This document shows, one piece after another, positions 39,359 through 50,349 of a stretch of DNA of 64,000 nt. The DNA lies in NCBI GenBank assembly GCA_965279035.1, contig OZ257142.1:1536001-1600000 (forward strand). Reading direction: 5' to 3'. Each line of letters opens with the position of its first letter. The stretch's first letter is position 1. The stretch comes from Bacteroidia bacterium. GTDB taxonomy: Bacteria > Bacteroidota > Bacteroidia > M30B66. The position numbers and the translations under genes are program-made. Under the pieces are notes generated by a model, which had not been told where the DNA came from, did not search any database, and saw nothing but the letters and a program-made list of their open reading frames with translations.

Positions 39359-40291
39359 TTAAAATGTATCCCAATCGAGTGATGTAAATCCAACTTGATT
39401 GACCTCGATTTTGGTTCCATTTAAATAACAAAAAGGCAAGGTGGATTTGATTTGAATTCCAGGATAATTTGTTAGCATTTCATTGATATAAATTGCCGGA
39501 GAAAGTTGGAATACAATCTTTCGTATTCCTAGGATAACACAGCGGTTTTGGAGTTTTTTTAAAATAGTAAATAATTCCGTTTGATTTACTTTTTCAATCT
39601 CTCCAATGAGCAAGCGGTGATCGAGTTTTATCCAAATATTTTTCCCTTCAATTTGAGTGATGAAACTACCTTCATACATTTTATAATTTCGGAATTGCTG
39701 ATTGCGTTTTAATCCAATTAAATGGGAATCAATAATAACATTGGATGAGCTAAAATTATAATTCGAAATAGGAAATAATCGTTTAATTAAATTCGTATAA
39801 ACGGAATGTATCCTTTTCGATTTACTCAATAAAGGCAATAGGGGCAAGGTGTTTATAGGAATTGTATATTCAATTAATTCTTCCTGATTGATCCAATCTA
39901 ATTTTTTAATAAATCCCGGAAGTGAGTTTTGATTGGGAAATCCAAAAATAAATTGGCAATCTTCTTTCAAAGCAAGATCAAAAGTCATTCGAGCCAAACG
40001 AGTAAATAATCCTTTGCCTTGGTATGAAGGATGCGTCATCGTATCGGCCGATTGGGCAGCTAAAATATCTTCCTTGTTTTGTAGGAGTTTACAAGCAAAA
40101 ACCGCATAAAATGCTATGGCTTCTTGCTTTTCGTTGTAAGCTATATGTGCCCAATAATTTCCTCCGAAAGCAGATGTATCGAACTTTTTTTTTAAGTAAT
40201 CGAGTGCAAATGTTTTCCCGAATGCCGCTTTGTATAAGGGAATGAGATGGGAAATTCGCTCTTTTGTTAAACGAATAATTTCGAAATCCAT
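39359..40291 (-). CDS. GNAT family acetyltransferase
   Basis: QSADTMTHP.YQGKGLF, FGFPN. Confidence 0.8.
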   Translation of the reverse strand: MDFEIIRLTKERISHLIPLYKAAFGKTFALDYLKKKFDTSAFGGNYWAHIAYNEKQEAIAFYAVFACKLLQNKEDILAAQSADTMTHPSYQGKGLFTRLARMTFDLALKEDCQFIFGFPNQNSLPGFIKKLDWINQEELIEYTIPINTLPLLPLLSKSKRIHSVYTNLIKRLFPISNYNFSSSNVIIDSHLIGLKRNQQFRNYKMYEGSFITQIEGKNIWIKLDHRLLIGEIEKVNQTELFTILKKLQNRCVILGIRKIVFQLSPAIYINEMLTNYPGIQIKSTLPFCYLNGTKIEVNQVGFTSLDWDTF

Positions 40292-40371
40292 TTGCTAGCA
40301 ATTACAATCCGTGTCGAATATACGGTTTTGAATTCCTATTAAAATAATTCAACAGCAATTTAGAAATGGAT

Positions 40372-41352
40372 TTATTTCTTTCGAATGATGAATTCAACCG
40401 TTTCAGGTTCCATGCGAACACCATGAATAAACGGAGGAATATTACGCAGATACAAACGCAGATTTTGTGCTTTACTATTTCTCAAATCGAATGCATCGGC
40501 AGCAATACGAAATAGTTTGGGGTTGACTTTATTATAATCACGCAGTGAAACTAGATAGCGAACTTTAACCGTTTGTGGAAATATATCGAGACTATCACTG
40601 CTTAATAAATGATCAACATAAATGGGAACTTCCAATATTGATTCGGTGTATTTGTCAACATTTAAATGCACGCCTATTTCAAGCGGAGCATAGCTTAACT
40701 TTTCATTCGGTTTTTTAATTCGGATGTTATACGTTCCCGGTTTATTGAGATTATTCAGAACCAATGCTTCAGTTTCTATACGATGAATAGAATCTAAAAT
40801 TTCGATAGGACCATTAAGAGTTATGCTATCTGGACTGAGTTGAATGCTATCGCTTAAACTGAATTGCCGTTCGAAATTGAGGTATTTATTGAGGTGAACG
40901 GGTACTTTTTTGTAGCCACTGTGAAAGAAAGAGAAGTGAATGGTATCTGGCAAAATGTTAAGTGCCTTGATATCGCCATGTTCTCGATTGAAGAAGTCGA
41001 TACCTGGATACGTGGTAAGAAATGCTTCACCAGCCTTGGAAGCAGGGCTCATGCCAATTGATCGTCCATCCAAATAAACAGTAGCTAATTCGGGCTGAAG
41101 AATATAGGACAGTAATTGATAACCGGATCCACTCACTTGAACGTCGAGTTCCTTCGGAAGTTTATCCATCATGATGCGACTTTCGGGCATATTGATGTAG
41201 GTAACCGGAACGCGAATTCGAGTTGAATATGGACTATTGAAAGCAAGTAAAATCCAAAAGAGGGTGGATATCAGCAGGCAAATGCCAAACACCACTACCT
41301 TTCGGCGAATGATGACCGAACGCAGCACCGAGGTGGTTTTGCTCCGGGTCAT
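40372..41352 (-). CDS. YbbR-like (CdaR) domain protein
   Basis: N-terminal TM, repeated VPV / P..(I/V)...G / P..V motifs; position between yajC and coaE. Confidence 0.75.
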   Translation of the reverse strand: MTRSKTTSVLRSVIIRRKVVVFGICLLISTLFWILLAFNSPYSTRIRVPVTYINMPESRIMMDKLPKELDVQVSGSGYQLLSYILQPELATVYLDGRSIGMSPASKAGEAFLTTYPGIDFFNREHGDIKALNILPDTIHFSFFHSGYKKVPVHLNKYLNFERQFSLSDSIQLSPDSITLNGPIEILDSIHRIETEALVLNNLNKPGTYNIRIKKPNEKLSYAPLEIGVHLNVDKYTESILEVPIYVDHLLSSDSLDIFPQTVKVRYLVSLRDYNKVNPKLFRIAADAFDLRNSKAQNLRLYLRNIPPFIHGVRMEPETVEFIIRKK

Positions 41353-41357
41353 GTTTG

Positions 41358-41672
41358 TTATTTGCCAGCTACAAGCTGATCCTGTGGACTATTGGAAACA
41401 GCCGATTTCTCAACACGAAACTTAGCACCGCTTTCAGCTTCAAGAATGAACGTTGTTTCATTTACTTCGGTAATTCGGCCATGAATGCCACCAATGGTGA
41501 CAACAGTGTCACCTTTTTTCAGGCTTTCGCGGAATTTTTTGGCATCTTTTGCTTTCTTCATCTGCGGACGAATCATGAAGAAATAAAATACGACAATGAT
41601 TAGAAGCATCGGTAAAATTGAACCGATTCCACTTTGACCTGGTGCGCCCATTAAGAGCAATGCGTTATACAT
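41358..41672 (-). CDS. yajC: Preprotein translocase subunit YajC
   Basis: [20 protein letters not shown]. Confidence 0.95.
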   Translation of the reverse strand: MYNALLLMGAPGQSGIGSILPMLLIIVVFYFFMIRPQMKKAKDAKKFRESLKKGDTVVTIGGIHGRITEVNETTFILEAESGAKFRVEKSAVSNSPQDQLVAGK

Positions 41673-41695
41673 ATTGGTTTGGATTGGATGCTAAA

Positions 41696-42163
41696 TTATT
41701 CTTCAGATGGATCACCTTTCACGTAGCCTGTCAGCACAATTAAACTTGTTGCAGGTTCTGTGTTTGCGTAAATGGTAATGGTTTTATTGGCTTTTCCTAC
41801 ACGACGTTCGCTATTGAAAACAACATCGATTTTGCCTTTTTGTCCAGGGCGAATTGGTTCTTTTGGCCATTCAGGAATGGTACAACCACAACTCCCAATG
41901 GATTTAGTAATGATCAAATCGTTTTTTCCTGTATTTGTAAACGTGTACGCATGCGCTACTTTCTCGCCTTCTACAACCGTCCCAAAATTGAAAGTGTCTT
42001 GATCAAACTTAATAGCAGAAACAGGTACATTTTCAGTACCATCGGCCGATGCAGAATTATTGACCATGTCGGATGTTACTTTTCCATCGGACTTTTGATC
42101 ACAAGAGCCTAAGCTTAATAGGATAGCAGAAAATGCAAAAATGGAGATTCTAAAATGGTTCAT
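41696..42163 (-). CDS. DUF1573 lipoprotein
   Basis: Lipobox LGSC; F.NTG..L.I...SCGCT. Confidence 0.9.
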   Translation of the reverse strand: MNHFRISIFAFSAILLSLGSCDQKSDGKVTSDMVNNSASADGTENVPVSAIKFDQDTFNFGTVVEGEKVAHAYTFTNTGKNDLIITKSIGSCGCTIPEWPKEPIRPGQKGKIDVVFNSERRVGKANKTITIYANTEPATSLIVLTGYVKGDPSEE

Positions 42164-42279
42164 TCTTCAAATTTTCGGGGTGGCAAAACTACGTAAAATT
42201 GCTCGTGTTCTCATTCTTTCAACTGAATGATTCTCCATCAATGTTTCGAATCAATTCAAATAAATAGATGCGTTGAAGT

Positions 42280-44067
42280 TTAATGTTGAATAATCACAGG
42301 AAAATGCTTCTGTCCAGCATGAATAAAATAAATCCCTGAGCTGTATGTTTCAAGATTGAGTTGTTTTTGTTCACCCGCCTCAATCGTTAGTTGTGTAATG
42401 ATTTTACCACTCGCATCCGTTAATCGAACTAAACTCGATTCATGTTGATTATTCTTTATTGATAGAAAAGCATTGGCTGGATTAGGGAAAACTTGAATTC
42501 CAGATTGATCATTGACTTTATTTAAACCAGCATTATGCTGAATATAGAGAGCAACAATGTATGGTGAACTTTCACACCCATTCGAATCTGTTGCAATAAC
42601 TTCTGCTTGAATGATTCCTGTTAAATCGTTCCAAACAACCACAAGCGTATCGCCATCCAAGGAGTGAAACGAATTGTTGAGTAATGAATTATCTCCGCTA
42701 AAATTCCAAGAATAAGTAAGATCTGAACTTCCTGTTGCATACAGTAATCCTGTTCCACCTGCCGTTTGAATAGTATCTCCATGAAATGCTAAAACAGGAC
42801 GAGGAAGGAGACTCACTTCAATAGAATCGAAACGGCTATAACAGCCATTGGTACTCATTCCTACGATATATAAACCAGCACCTTCGACAGGAATATTTAC
42901 AACTTGTGGTTCACGAATATTCGATGTGAAATTATTTGGACCAATCCAATGATAAGTTGAATTAGCCACATTATTTACACTGAGCTGAAGCGTTCCACCT
43001 TCACACACGATATTTCCCGCTTCAACAATTTGAGGCTTTTGAGGAATAGTAACTTGAACGTTGATTGTTCGAATAGTTGTGCAATTGTCGCCAGTCACGG
43101 TGAGTGTATAGTTCCCACCCATGCCTGCGGTAATATTTAAGCGTGTTGGACTTAATTCAGTAGTTGAAAATCCTGCCGGACCAGTCCATAAAACGGTTGA
43201 ATTACTTGGAATTGTAGCCGAAAGATGCAAATCGGAACCAATACAAACAGGTGCATTCGATTGAACCGTCACATCGCATGGCAAACAACTTTCTGGAGCA
43301 ATGTAGTTAGCAGTTTTAGTACATGTTGGATCGATACTGAAAGTGGCAGTGATGGTGTAATTTTGACCATCGGAATTTAAATTATTCAGTGTGTAATCAA
43401 TTTGACCATTAAATGGGGCATTAAAATTTTGAGAAACTGTTCCATTCGAAATAGTAAGAGTTCCTGCTTGTGGTGGATTGAACGTGAATACGGAACCGGT
43501 TACTGAATATTTACTTGTTGCTGTATCGCAAATGGAAGGAGTTGCAGTCAACAAATTCATTGAACAAACTGGGTCAAATTCACAGTCAAAATCTCCAGTA
43601 CCAGCTGTTTGGTTAAAGGTGACATTGGTTGGTGTATTCGAATAATTGGTGATGAGTAGAAAATAATAATCACCAGAAGTTGTAGAAGAAAAATTGATTG
43701 TTTCAGTTGAACCTCCCGAATAGCTGCATGCTGCAGTGTGAGCTACATCGAGCGAATTGCAATTTCCTGTAGGATTGGTAAATGGTCCATAAAGGATGAA
43801 ATCGAGATCTTGTCCATCCGAATTTGATTCTAAAATGGTGTGGGTACCAGGGTTTCCAATGCGGAATAAAAACCAAGCTGGATTATTTTGAGAACCTAAA
43901 CATCCATAGTCAGGACCTGTTTCAGCGGAACCTTGATCAGTTGAAGCTGGGTATGTAACTGGCTGTGTAAGGCAAATTTGAATAGCTCCTGCACAGGTGG
44001 TGTTTCCAATTTGTGCATGTAGAAAACTTCCCGTTAGGATGGCAATGATGGTAATAATACGTTTCAT
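42280..44067 (-). CDS. T9SS type A secreted Ig-repeat protein
   Basis: Cys-rich N-domain, W.GP..F repeats, VFPNP...GIYF CTD. Confidence 0.8.
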   Translation of the reverse strand: MKRIITIIAILTGSFLHAQIGNTTCAGAIQICLTQPVTYPASTDQGSAETGPDYGCLGSQNNPAWFLFRIGNPGTHTILESNSDGQDLDFILYGPFTNPTGNCNSLDVAHTAACSYSGGSTETINFSSTTSGDYYFLLITNYSNTPTNVTFNQTAGTGDFDCEFDPVCSMNLLTATPSICDTATSKYSVTGSVFTFNPPQAGTLTISNGTVSQNFNAPFNGQIDYTLNNLNSDGQNYTITATFSIDPTCTKTANYIAPESCLPCDVTVQSNAPVCIGSDLHLSATIPSNSTVLWTGPAGFSTTELSPTRLNITAGMGGNYTLTVTGDNCTTIRTINVQVTIPQKPQIVEAGNIVCEGGTLQLSVNNVANSTYHWIGPNNFTSNIREPQVVNIPVEGAGLYIVGMSTNGCYSRFDSIEVSLLPRPVLAFHGDTIQTAGGTGLLYATGSSDLTYSWNFSGDNSLLNNSFHSLDGDTLVVVWNDLTGIIQAEVIATDSNGCESSPYIVALYIQHNAGLNKVNDQSGIQVFPNPANAFLSIKNNQHESSLVRLTDASGKIITQLTIEAGEQKQLNLETYSSGIYFIHAGQKHFPVIIQH

Positions 44068-44109
44068 CGTTTGTTGAAATGGAGTCGCAAGTTAGCAATT
44101 GCTCGATAC

Positions 44110-44700
44110 TTAAAAAGCAAGCAATTCTTCGTAAAGTTCTTTGGTAGGTAATCCCATCACATTGAAATAGGAACCATTTAAACTTTCAACCCCAATATAC
44201 CCTATCCATTCTTGAATTCCGTAGGCTCCTGCTTTATCAAGTGGGCGGAATGTTTCGGTATAATAGAGGATTTCATCTTCGTTTAGAGATTTAAAAACAA
44301 CCTCTGTCACCGCATAAAATGATAGGCTTTTCTTCAGTGATGTGAGACTAACGGCCGTTATTACTTCGTGTGTTTTTCCTGAAATCCGGTTGAGCATATA
44401 GCGAGCCTCTGCTAAATCGGCTGGTTTATTTAGCACTTGATTCCCTATCCACACAATGGTATCGGCAGTAATGACAAGCTGATTATCACCAATATTTATT
44501 TTAGCTTCTTCGGCTTTCAATCGGGATAAAAAAAGCGGAATTGATTCACGTTGAAGCTTTTCGGGAAATTGTTCATCCACATTCAATTTCATCACACTGA
44601 AATTCAGTCCAAGTTCCTTTAAAAGTTGTTGTCGGCGCGGAGATGCAGATGCGAGAATAATTTCTGTACCGGCAAGTTTTTTTAGGAGTTGCATAATCAA
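44110..44700 (-). CDS. maf: Maf family nucleotide pyrophosphatase
   Basis: ILASASPRR, ADTIV, KP, DKAGAYGIQ, NVMGLP. Confidence 0.95.
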   Translation of the reverse strand: MIMQLLKKLAGTEIILASASPRRQQLLKELGLNFSVMKLNVDEQFPEKLQRESIPLFLSRLKAEEAKINIGDNQLVITADTIVWIGNQVLNKPADLAEARYMLNRISGKTHEVITAVSLTSLKKSLSFYAVTEVVFKSLNEDEILYYTETFRPLDKAGAYGIQEWIGYIGVESLNGSYFNVMGLPTKELYEELLAF

Positions 44701-45692
44701 TAAGTGAAACGGAATACAAACATAGAAAGTACTCCCGTAACAATGAGTAATTTACATAATATAGATGCTTTGGAATAATCGCTTTTTTGAAGCGCTCGCC
44801 ACAAGCGAATAATCAACACAGTGAAGGGAACTTGAACGGCAATAAGGATATACCAAAACATCCCTTTATACGCTCCTAACCAGAGTTGCTTTTGAATAAA
44901 TCCAAGCAAAATCATCGTAAACAAAACGACACTGATTGCAATAAATCGTGCTTGCTCTTCGCCTAAAACAATGGGAATTGTGCGCGCTCCATCAGCCTCA
45001 TCTCCTTCGGTATCTTCAATATCTTTAACGATTTCACGGATGAGATTACTTAAAAATGCAAAAGCCGAATAACCAATTACTAGAAATGCACCTTTGCGTA
45101 AAAGACTGTTTCCCATGCCTTCAACATAACTATTCAAAATATTAAGGTTGATGATTGAACCCGAAGCAAATTCGAACAATCCGGCAGTGACAGGAACCAA
45201 TGCAGCCAATAAGGATATCAAGAGATTTCCAGAAAGCAACTGTTTTTTAAGATGTGTGGAATAAAACCACAAGGCCACAATACTAAATAAATGGATGGCC
45301 GAAAGCTTCCAATTACCCACTTTCAGTGCGAGATAAATCCCAAGTAAAAGTCCAATGCTGCTTAATGTTAAATGCAGTATCATCGCCACACGGCGCTTAA
45401 TCACTCTTCCTACAATGACTTGATCAGGCTTGTTGATGCGATCAATACGTGTATCGAAATAATCGTTGATGATGTATCCGGCTGCAGCAATAAACAAAAT
45501 GGAAATGACTAATAATCCAAAGTCAATTCCCTGCATGTGTAAACCTAGTCCTTGAACGCTATAGCCCAATCGGAGCATATCACCAATGGCATGATGCCAA
45601 ACAGGTTCCATCAAACCATAACGAACACCACACAAAGTGAGTGCTATGATGATGAGATTGGGTAAGCGAATAAGACGGAGGAAATCGAGCAT
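44697..45692 (-). CDS. UbiA-family prenyltransferase (DGGGP synthase-like)
   Basis: GYIINDYFD..ID.INKP; REIVKDIED.EGD. Confidence 0.9.
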   Translation of the reverse strand: MLDFLRLIRLPNLIIIALTLCGVRYGLMEPVWHHAIGDMLRLGYSVQGLGLHMQGIDFGLLVISILFIAAAGYIINDYFDTRIDRINKPDQVIVGRVIKRRVAMILHLTLSSIGLLLGIYLALKVGNWKLSAIHLFSIVALWFYSTHLKKQLLSGNLLISLLAALVPVTAGLFEFASGSIINLNILNSYVEGMGNSLLRKGAFLVIGYSAFAFLSNLIREIVKDIEDTEGDEADGARTIPIVLGEEQARFIAISVVLFTMILLGFIQKQLWLGAYKGMFWYILIAVQVPFTVLIIRLWRALQKSDYSKASILCKLLIVTGVLSMFVFRFTY

Positions 45693-45777
45693 AATGGTGT
45701 CCAAAAATAATAGAAAAACACCCAATCAATGGCAAAGGATGTTAAGGGATTGAGAACATTTACTGCTCTTTGTCGGA

Positions 45778-46290
45778 TTACCAAGTGAATGCATCGGCGT
45801 CCATCCACTTCTCCTGACTTCGTAATACATGTTCTAGTACTTCACGAACCGCCCCCTTTCCTCCAGCAGCTGCACTAACGTAATGTGCAATAGCTCTAAT
45901 ATCTTGGGCGGCATCAGCTGGACAAGCAGCAAAACCACAGCGCTGCATGACTTCATAATCAGGAATATCGTCGCCCATATAGAGGCATTCGGATTCTTTT
46001 AGGTCACATTCAATGAGAAGATCTTCGAAGCGTTCTATTTTGCGGGAAACGCTCATGTAGATGTGCTCAATCCCAAAGCTGGAGAGTCGTTCACGCATCA
46101 TTTCGGATTTTCCACCGGAGATAATCATCACTATAAAACCTTTCTTTACGGCAAGTTGTAAGGCGTAACAATCTTTGATGTGCAGGTTTCGAATTTGTGT
46201 CCCATCGGGAAGTAAAGTAACACTGCCATCGGTCAATACACCATCAATGTCGAAGAGCAAAGCCCGAATATTCTTCAGTTTTTCCTGCAT
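45778..46290 (-). CDS. kdsC: KDO-8-phosphate phosphatase
   Basis: DIDGVLTDG, GDD.PD, GG.GAVRE. Confidence 0.9.
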   Translation of the reverse strand: MQEKLKNIRALLFDIDGVLTDGSVTLLPDGTQIRNLHIKDCYALQLAVKKGFIVMIISGGKSEMMRERLSSFGIEHIYMSVSRKIERFEDLLIECDLKESECLYMGDDIPDYEVMQRCGFAACPADAAQDIRAIAHYVSAAAGGKGAVREVLEHVLRSQEKWMDADAFTW

Positions 46291-47069
46291 CAGTTTCGTT
46301 TGCTACGTTCAGATATTTGCTTGCTCAATAATGCGTAAACCTCTGCAAACTCAGGGAAATCTTTCAACATGCTTAAATGCAATGCAATGGTTGTTTGATC
46401 GTTTCTACTTGCCGGTCCCGTTTGGGTGAGCTTTGGAGAACTTGTCTTAAAACGTTGGGCACTTTGCTCAATCATAGGCATCAGAAACTGAAAATCAAGT
46501 CCGTTTGCCAAACACCATTCTTCGGTGAGCACCATTAAGTGATTCACGAAATTATTCGCTCCCACAGCAGCTAAATGAAGCATTCGTCTTTGCTCACCTG
46601 ATAGCCAGGCAAATGGACCACCCAGATTCTTAGCTAGTTCGGAGATTTCGCTGTGAGCAAATTCATCGGAAGCTTCTAGGCAAAGTGGAACATTTTTCCA
46701 GTTAATGCTGTTTCCGATAGTGAAACTTTGGTTTGGCCATATAACGCCTGTGTGAGCTGCAGTTCCACTGATTAAATCCATCGATGATGTTCCTGAAAGG
46801 TGGATGATCAAGTCGAAGCGACCAGTTAGCTCATGTGCAACAGTTTGTATGGCATGATCGCTCACGCATAAGATTCCAATGGAGTTGGTTGGAATTTCTG
46901 AGATTTCATTGAGCAGTTTGATTCCTGTTTCTTCCGAAATGGTTTGGGCTATTTGAGAATTTCTTCCCCAAATGAAAATGGAATAATCATCTAAGCTTGC
47001 CAGTTTTTCTGCAAGGTGACGGGCAATTTTACCTGTCCCGATTAAACAGATGTTTTTATGCTTGAGCAC
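46290..47069 (-). CDS. Rossmann-like + DUF2520 protein
   Basis: IGTGKIA, H.SG, LHLAAV..NNF.NH, QTGPA.R.D. Confidence 0.9.
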   Translation of the reverse strand: MLKHKNICLIGTGKIARHLAEKLASLDDYSIFIWGRNSQIAQTISEETGIKLLNEISEIPTNSIGILCVSDHAIQTVAHELTGRFDLIIHLSGTSSMDLISGTAAHTGVIWPNQSFTIGNSINWKNVPLCLEASDEFAHSEISELAKNLGGPFAWLSGEQRRMLHLAAVGANNFVNHLMVLTEEWCLANGLDFQFLMPMIEQSAQRFKTSSPKLTQTGPASRNDQTTIALHLSMLKDFPEFAEVYALLSKQISERSKRN

Positions 47070-49683
47070 GTTTACGTCCGGATGGTTTAATTCTCGCCCA
47101 AACTGCCATTCCCGTTCCGATTGCCATCAGCAAGGAGCCAATCCACAGAATATTGATTCCAGGGAAAATGATGGCTTTCATAATGATAAAATCGTTGGTA
47201 TTGCTCACTTTTTCACTTACTCGAATATGAAATGTTTCGGTCTCCGGATCGATTTTCCAAAAGCTGAATTTCAATCCGGAAGCTTCCACTTCATCTTCAA
47301 TGGCGAAGGTGGTGTTTCCACGTAAAACATACAGTGGAAGAGCATTTACGGTTTTGCTATTCACATTCAAGACTCGAAGTTGAGCACCTACTGGCATATC
47401 GCCAGGTCTTAATTGAGAAGAAGAATTTAATGGAACATCTTTTTGAATATTATCTATAATTACCAAACTGTTGCTGGTAAACATGGTATCGCCCAAATGC
47501 AACTGATAATCTTGAGGATCTTTCCACTCCGATTCTTTCTTCTTGTTATTTTCCTCCAGTTTCGCATACGTGATGTGCGTAAAAATATCGCGACCTAAAT
47601 AGTGCTTCGTTGCTGGTTCTGCCACATTTCCCATGCGTGGATTTGTCTGTATAAGCGGACTTAAACGAAAAGCTAATTCAGGTTGACCAGCAGCATTCTT
47701 CTTGTAATAATCAACATTGTAGTAAATATTAATACCATCAATCGAATCACCTCGATAACTTACGTTAAACTCGCCCATTTGAACCGTATCGTTGCGGGCA
47801 AGAAGGATGTTTTCTTGGTTCGGAAAATCTTTTCCTAAATCGAATGAGCTTTTGTTTTGGGAGATGAATTCTTTCTTTCCAGCCGATATCAATGCACCCA
47901 TCAATACCAATGCAAACCCAACATGAGCCACAGAAGAACCAGCTTTCGCCATTTTGAACTTCAGCACAACAAATAAATAATGGAAGTTGGCGAGAGTAGC
48001 AAACAAGGAAGCGAATAGTAGTAATAGCAACAATGGCTGATCGATTTCCATCCACAAACCAATCAGGGCAGTCAATACAAAGGCAATGGTGAATGGTATT
48101 AATATCTTCTTGTAGAAGTCAGCCATCGGGGTTTTCTTGTACTTAAGAAATTGTCCAATCGCCATGAGAACCGCTACGATTACTGCAAACGGAATCTGCC
48201 AAGCATTATAATGTTGGCTTGCATCTTTGGGTGAAGCCATATTGGCATCAGCCAGTTTTGAAAAAAGATCAGAGTTGAAAATGCCATTGAGCCAACCAAA
48301 GAATCCAGCTAGATTTCCAGCTAGGAATTTATTGATTACAGGTGTAGATGTAGAGAAAGTGATTTGGAAAGCAGAAATCAACAACACGAGCGCACCCACA
48401 AACATCCAGAATTCGCGTGAGCTCAAACTTTCTTCCTCTTCTTCCTTAGGCAGTGCTTTCGTAACCTGACGAATCATGATTCCGATTGCAATGAGCAAGA
48501 AAACAGCTGTCACCAATTTCATGAATCCCAAGAAGAAACTTACGAGTAAAAGTCCTACGCTTACCGTGTACCAAATAGTTCGGAAAGTTCCATGTGGTAA
48601 AGTAATCGCCGAAGGCAACCAAATAAAGAAGAACAGGTAAATAAGTAATTGCCCGGTCATACCTAAATCGGTGAAGGCATGCACCGAAGATTCACCCAAA
48701 ACGCCGCTACGTGTTAGGAAAGTAGAGTAGAGGATAAGGATGAAGGTGATGAAGACCATGAAGATCGCCATCATCACTGATTGACCTTTGGATTTGTTGA
48801 TGAGCATGACGTGTCCGCCAGCAACCAAGGTAAGCCAAGGAACAAGAGAAGCATTTTCAACTGGATCCCAAGCCCAGAAACCACCAAAGCTTAATGCTTC
48901 ATATGCCCAAGCGCCACCCATCAAAATTCCGGTTCCTAAGATGCTGATTCCGAAGAAAGTCCAAGGAAGTGCAGGTGCTATCCATTCGCGGTATTGTTTT
49001 CTCCAAATTCCGGCAATGGCGTATGCAAAAGGAAAAAGGGTGAGTGAGAATCCAAGAAATAGGGTTGGAGGATGAATCGTCATCCAATAATTCTGAAGCA
49101 AAGGATTTAAACCACGACCATCGAGTTTAGCTAGATAATCGGGCATTTGAATGAAAGGAAGTCCAACAAAATCGGGATGTTCGCGAAGTAAAATGAAAGG
49201 ATTACTTCCTATATGTACATCACCCACATACACACCTAAAAGCATCGATGCCAAGAAAACTTGAACAAGTGCCACAATGGTCATGGTACTAAATTCCCAA
49301 TCGCGACTTGTGCGGATGAGGATATTTCCAAGCACCATGTTCCAGAATGTCCAAAGGAGAAAACTACCTTCTTGTCCTTCCCAAAAGCAGGAAAGAATGT
49401 ATTTCATCTGCATGGCTTTATTGCTATGTTGCCATACATAATGGAATTCGAAATAGTGGTTGAACAGGATGAAAAACATCACCCCAATAATTCCTACAAC
49501 ACCAATTGAATGCAGTCGAAAGCCAATGCGTCCTAGTTTTTTCCAACCCGATGGATCAGCAGGATTCGTTTGTGCAAACCAATACGATACAGCCGACAAA
49601 ATAGCTGCTGCAAATGAAAGTGAAATAAACAGGTGACCGATTGTCCCCCAAATAGTGTGTTCTCCGATATAGTGAATGTCCAT
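47056..49683 (-). CDS. ccmF: Cytochrome c heme lyase CcmF
   Basis: W.GQEGS, GLNPLLQN..M.IHPP, WAY...GG.WAWDPVEN, SVHAF. Confidence 0.9.
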   Translation of the reverse strand: MDIHYIGEHTIWGTIGHLFISLSFAAAILSAVSYWFAQTNPADPSGWKKLGRIGFRLHSIGVVGIIGVMFFILFNHYFEFHYVWQHSNKAMQMKYILSCFWEGQEGSFLLWTFWNMVLGNILIRTSRDWEFSTMTIVALVQVFLASMLLGVYVGDVHIGSNPFILLREHPDFVGLPFIQMPDYLAKLDGRGLNPLLQNYWMTIHPPTLFLGFSLTLFPFAYAIAGIWRKQYREWIAPALPWTFFGISILGTGILMGGAWAYEALSFGGFWAWDPVENASLVPWLTLVAGGHVMLINKSKGQSVMMAIFMVFITFILILYSTFLTRSGVLGESSVHAFTDLGMTGQLLIYLFFFIWLPSAITLPHGTFRTIWYTVSVGLLLVSFFLGFMKLVTAVFLLIAIGIMIRQVTKALPKEEEEESLSSREFWMFVGALVLLISAFQITFSTSTPVINKFLAGNLAGFFGWLNGIFNSDLFSKLADANMASPKDASQHYNAWQIPFAVIVAVLMAIGQFLKYKKTPMADFYKKILIPFTIAFVLTALIGLWMEIDQPLLLLLLFASLFATLANFHYLFVVLKFKMAKAGSSVAHVGFALVLMGALISAGKKEFISQNKSSFDLGKDFPNQENILLARNDTVQMGEFNVSYRGDSIDGINIYYNVDYYKKNAAGQPELAFRLSPLIQTNPRMGNVAEPATKHYLGRDIFTHITYAKLEENNKKKESEWKDPQDYQLHLGDTMFTSNSLVIIDNIQKDVPLNSSSQLRPGDMPVGAQLRVLNVNSKTVNALPLYVLRGNTTFAIEDEVEASGLKFSFWKIDPETETFHIRVSEKVSNTNDFIIMKAIIFPGINILWIGSLLMAIGTGMAVWARIKPSGRKRAQA

Positions 49684-49705
49684 CCGCGCTATCCTCCTGT
49701 TTGAA

Positions 49706-50128
49706 TTACAAGGAGGTTGTTTTTTTGTCTTCTGCTTTGAATTCCTTCATGTCGCCGCTGCCGTTGTTGTATTTACTTGGGCATTTCATGAGAATTTTAT
49801 CGGCATTAAAGGTTTGTCCGTTCATTTTGCCGGTAATTACGACTTGTTCAGACTTCTCGAAATCCTGTGGTTTAGAACCATTGAAGAGGACTTTTTGTTC
49901 GAGTCCATCGCGATCGATGAGGTAAAATCCGAAGAGATTCGCGTTTTGTTCAGGATTGTATTCGAGTGGTTTATTCTTATTAAGTTTTCCCACTACGTGA
50001 AATTCTTGATTTGGAGCATCCATCGCTTCTTTGAAAGAGGCATAGGTGCTCGAATCGGAGAACGTGCTGAGAATCATACCGATTGCCAATGCAATGACAA
50101 GGATACCAATGATGTGAAACTTTTTCAT
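49706..50128 (-). CDS. ccmE: Heme chaperone CcmE (CxxxY type)
   Basis: KCPSKY; N-terminal TM. Confidence 0.9.
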   Translation of the reverse strand: MKKFHIIGILVIALAIGMILSTFSDSSTYASFKEAMDAPNQEFHVVGKLNKNKPLEYNPEQNANLFGFYLIDRDGLEQKVLFNGSKPQDFEKSEQVVITGKMNGQTFNADKILMKCPSKYNNGSGDMKEFKAEDKKTTSL

Positions 50129-50349
50129 TCTTTTTCAGATTGACGCTGTTCTTTTTCGATACGGCTGATTTTGCGATCGAGCCGAATAAGGAAAATCACG
50201 ATGCCTGTAAACACAATAGATAGGATGGCAACAACGACATAGATTTTACCGTCGGCACGAAATGTATCGGCCATTTCTACATCATTCTGAGCCATCAGCC
50301 CGGTAGAAAAAAGGAGTGTGAAAAAAAGAAGGATGCGTTTAAAGGACAT
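50125..50349 (-). CDS. ccmD: CcmD family protein
   Basis: GKIYVVV...L.RLDRKI; between ccmC and ccmE; ATG 50349. Confidence 0.75.
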   Translation of the reverse strand: MSFKRILLFFTLLFSTGLMAQNDVEMADTFRADGKIYVVVAILSIVFTGIVIFLIRLDRKISRIEKEQRQSEKE

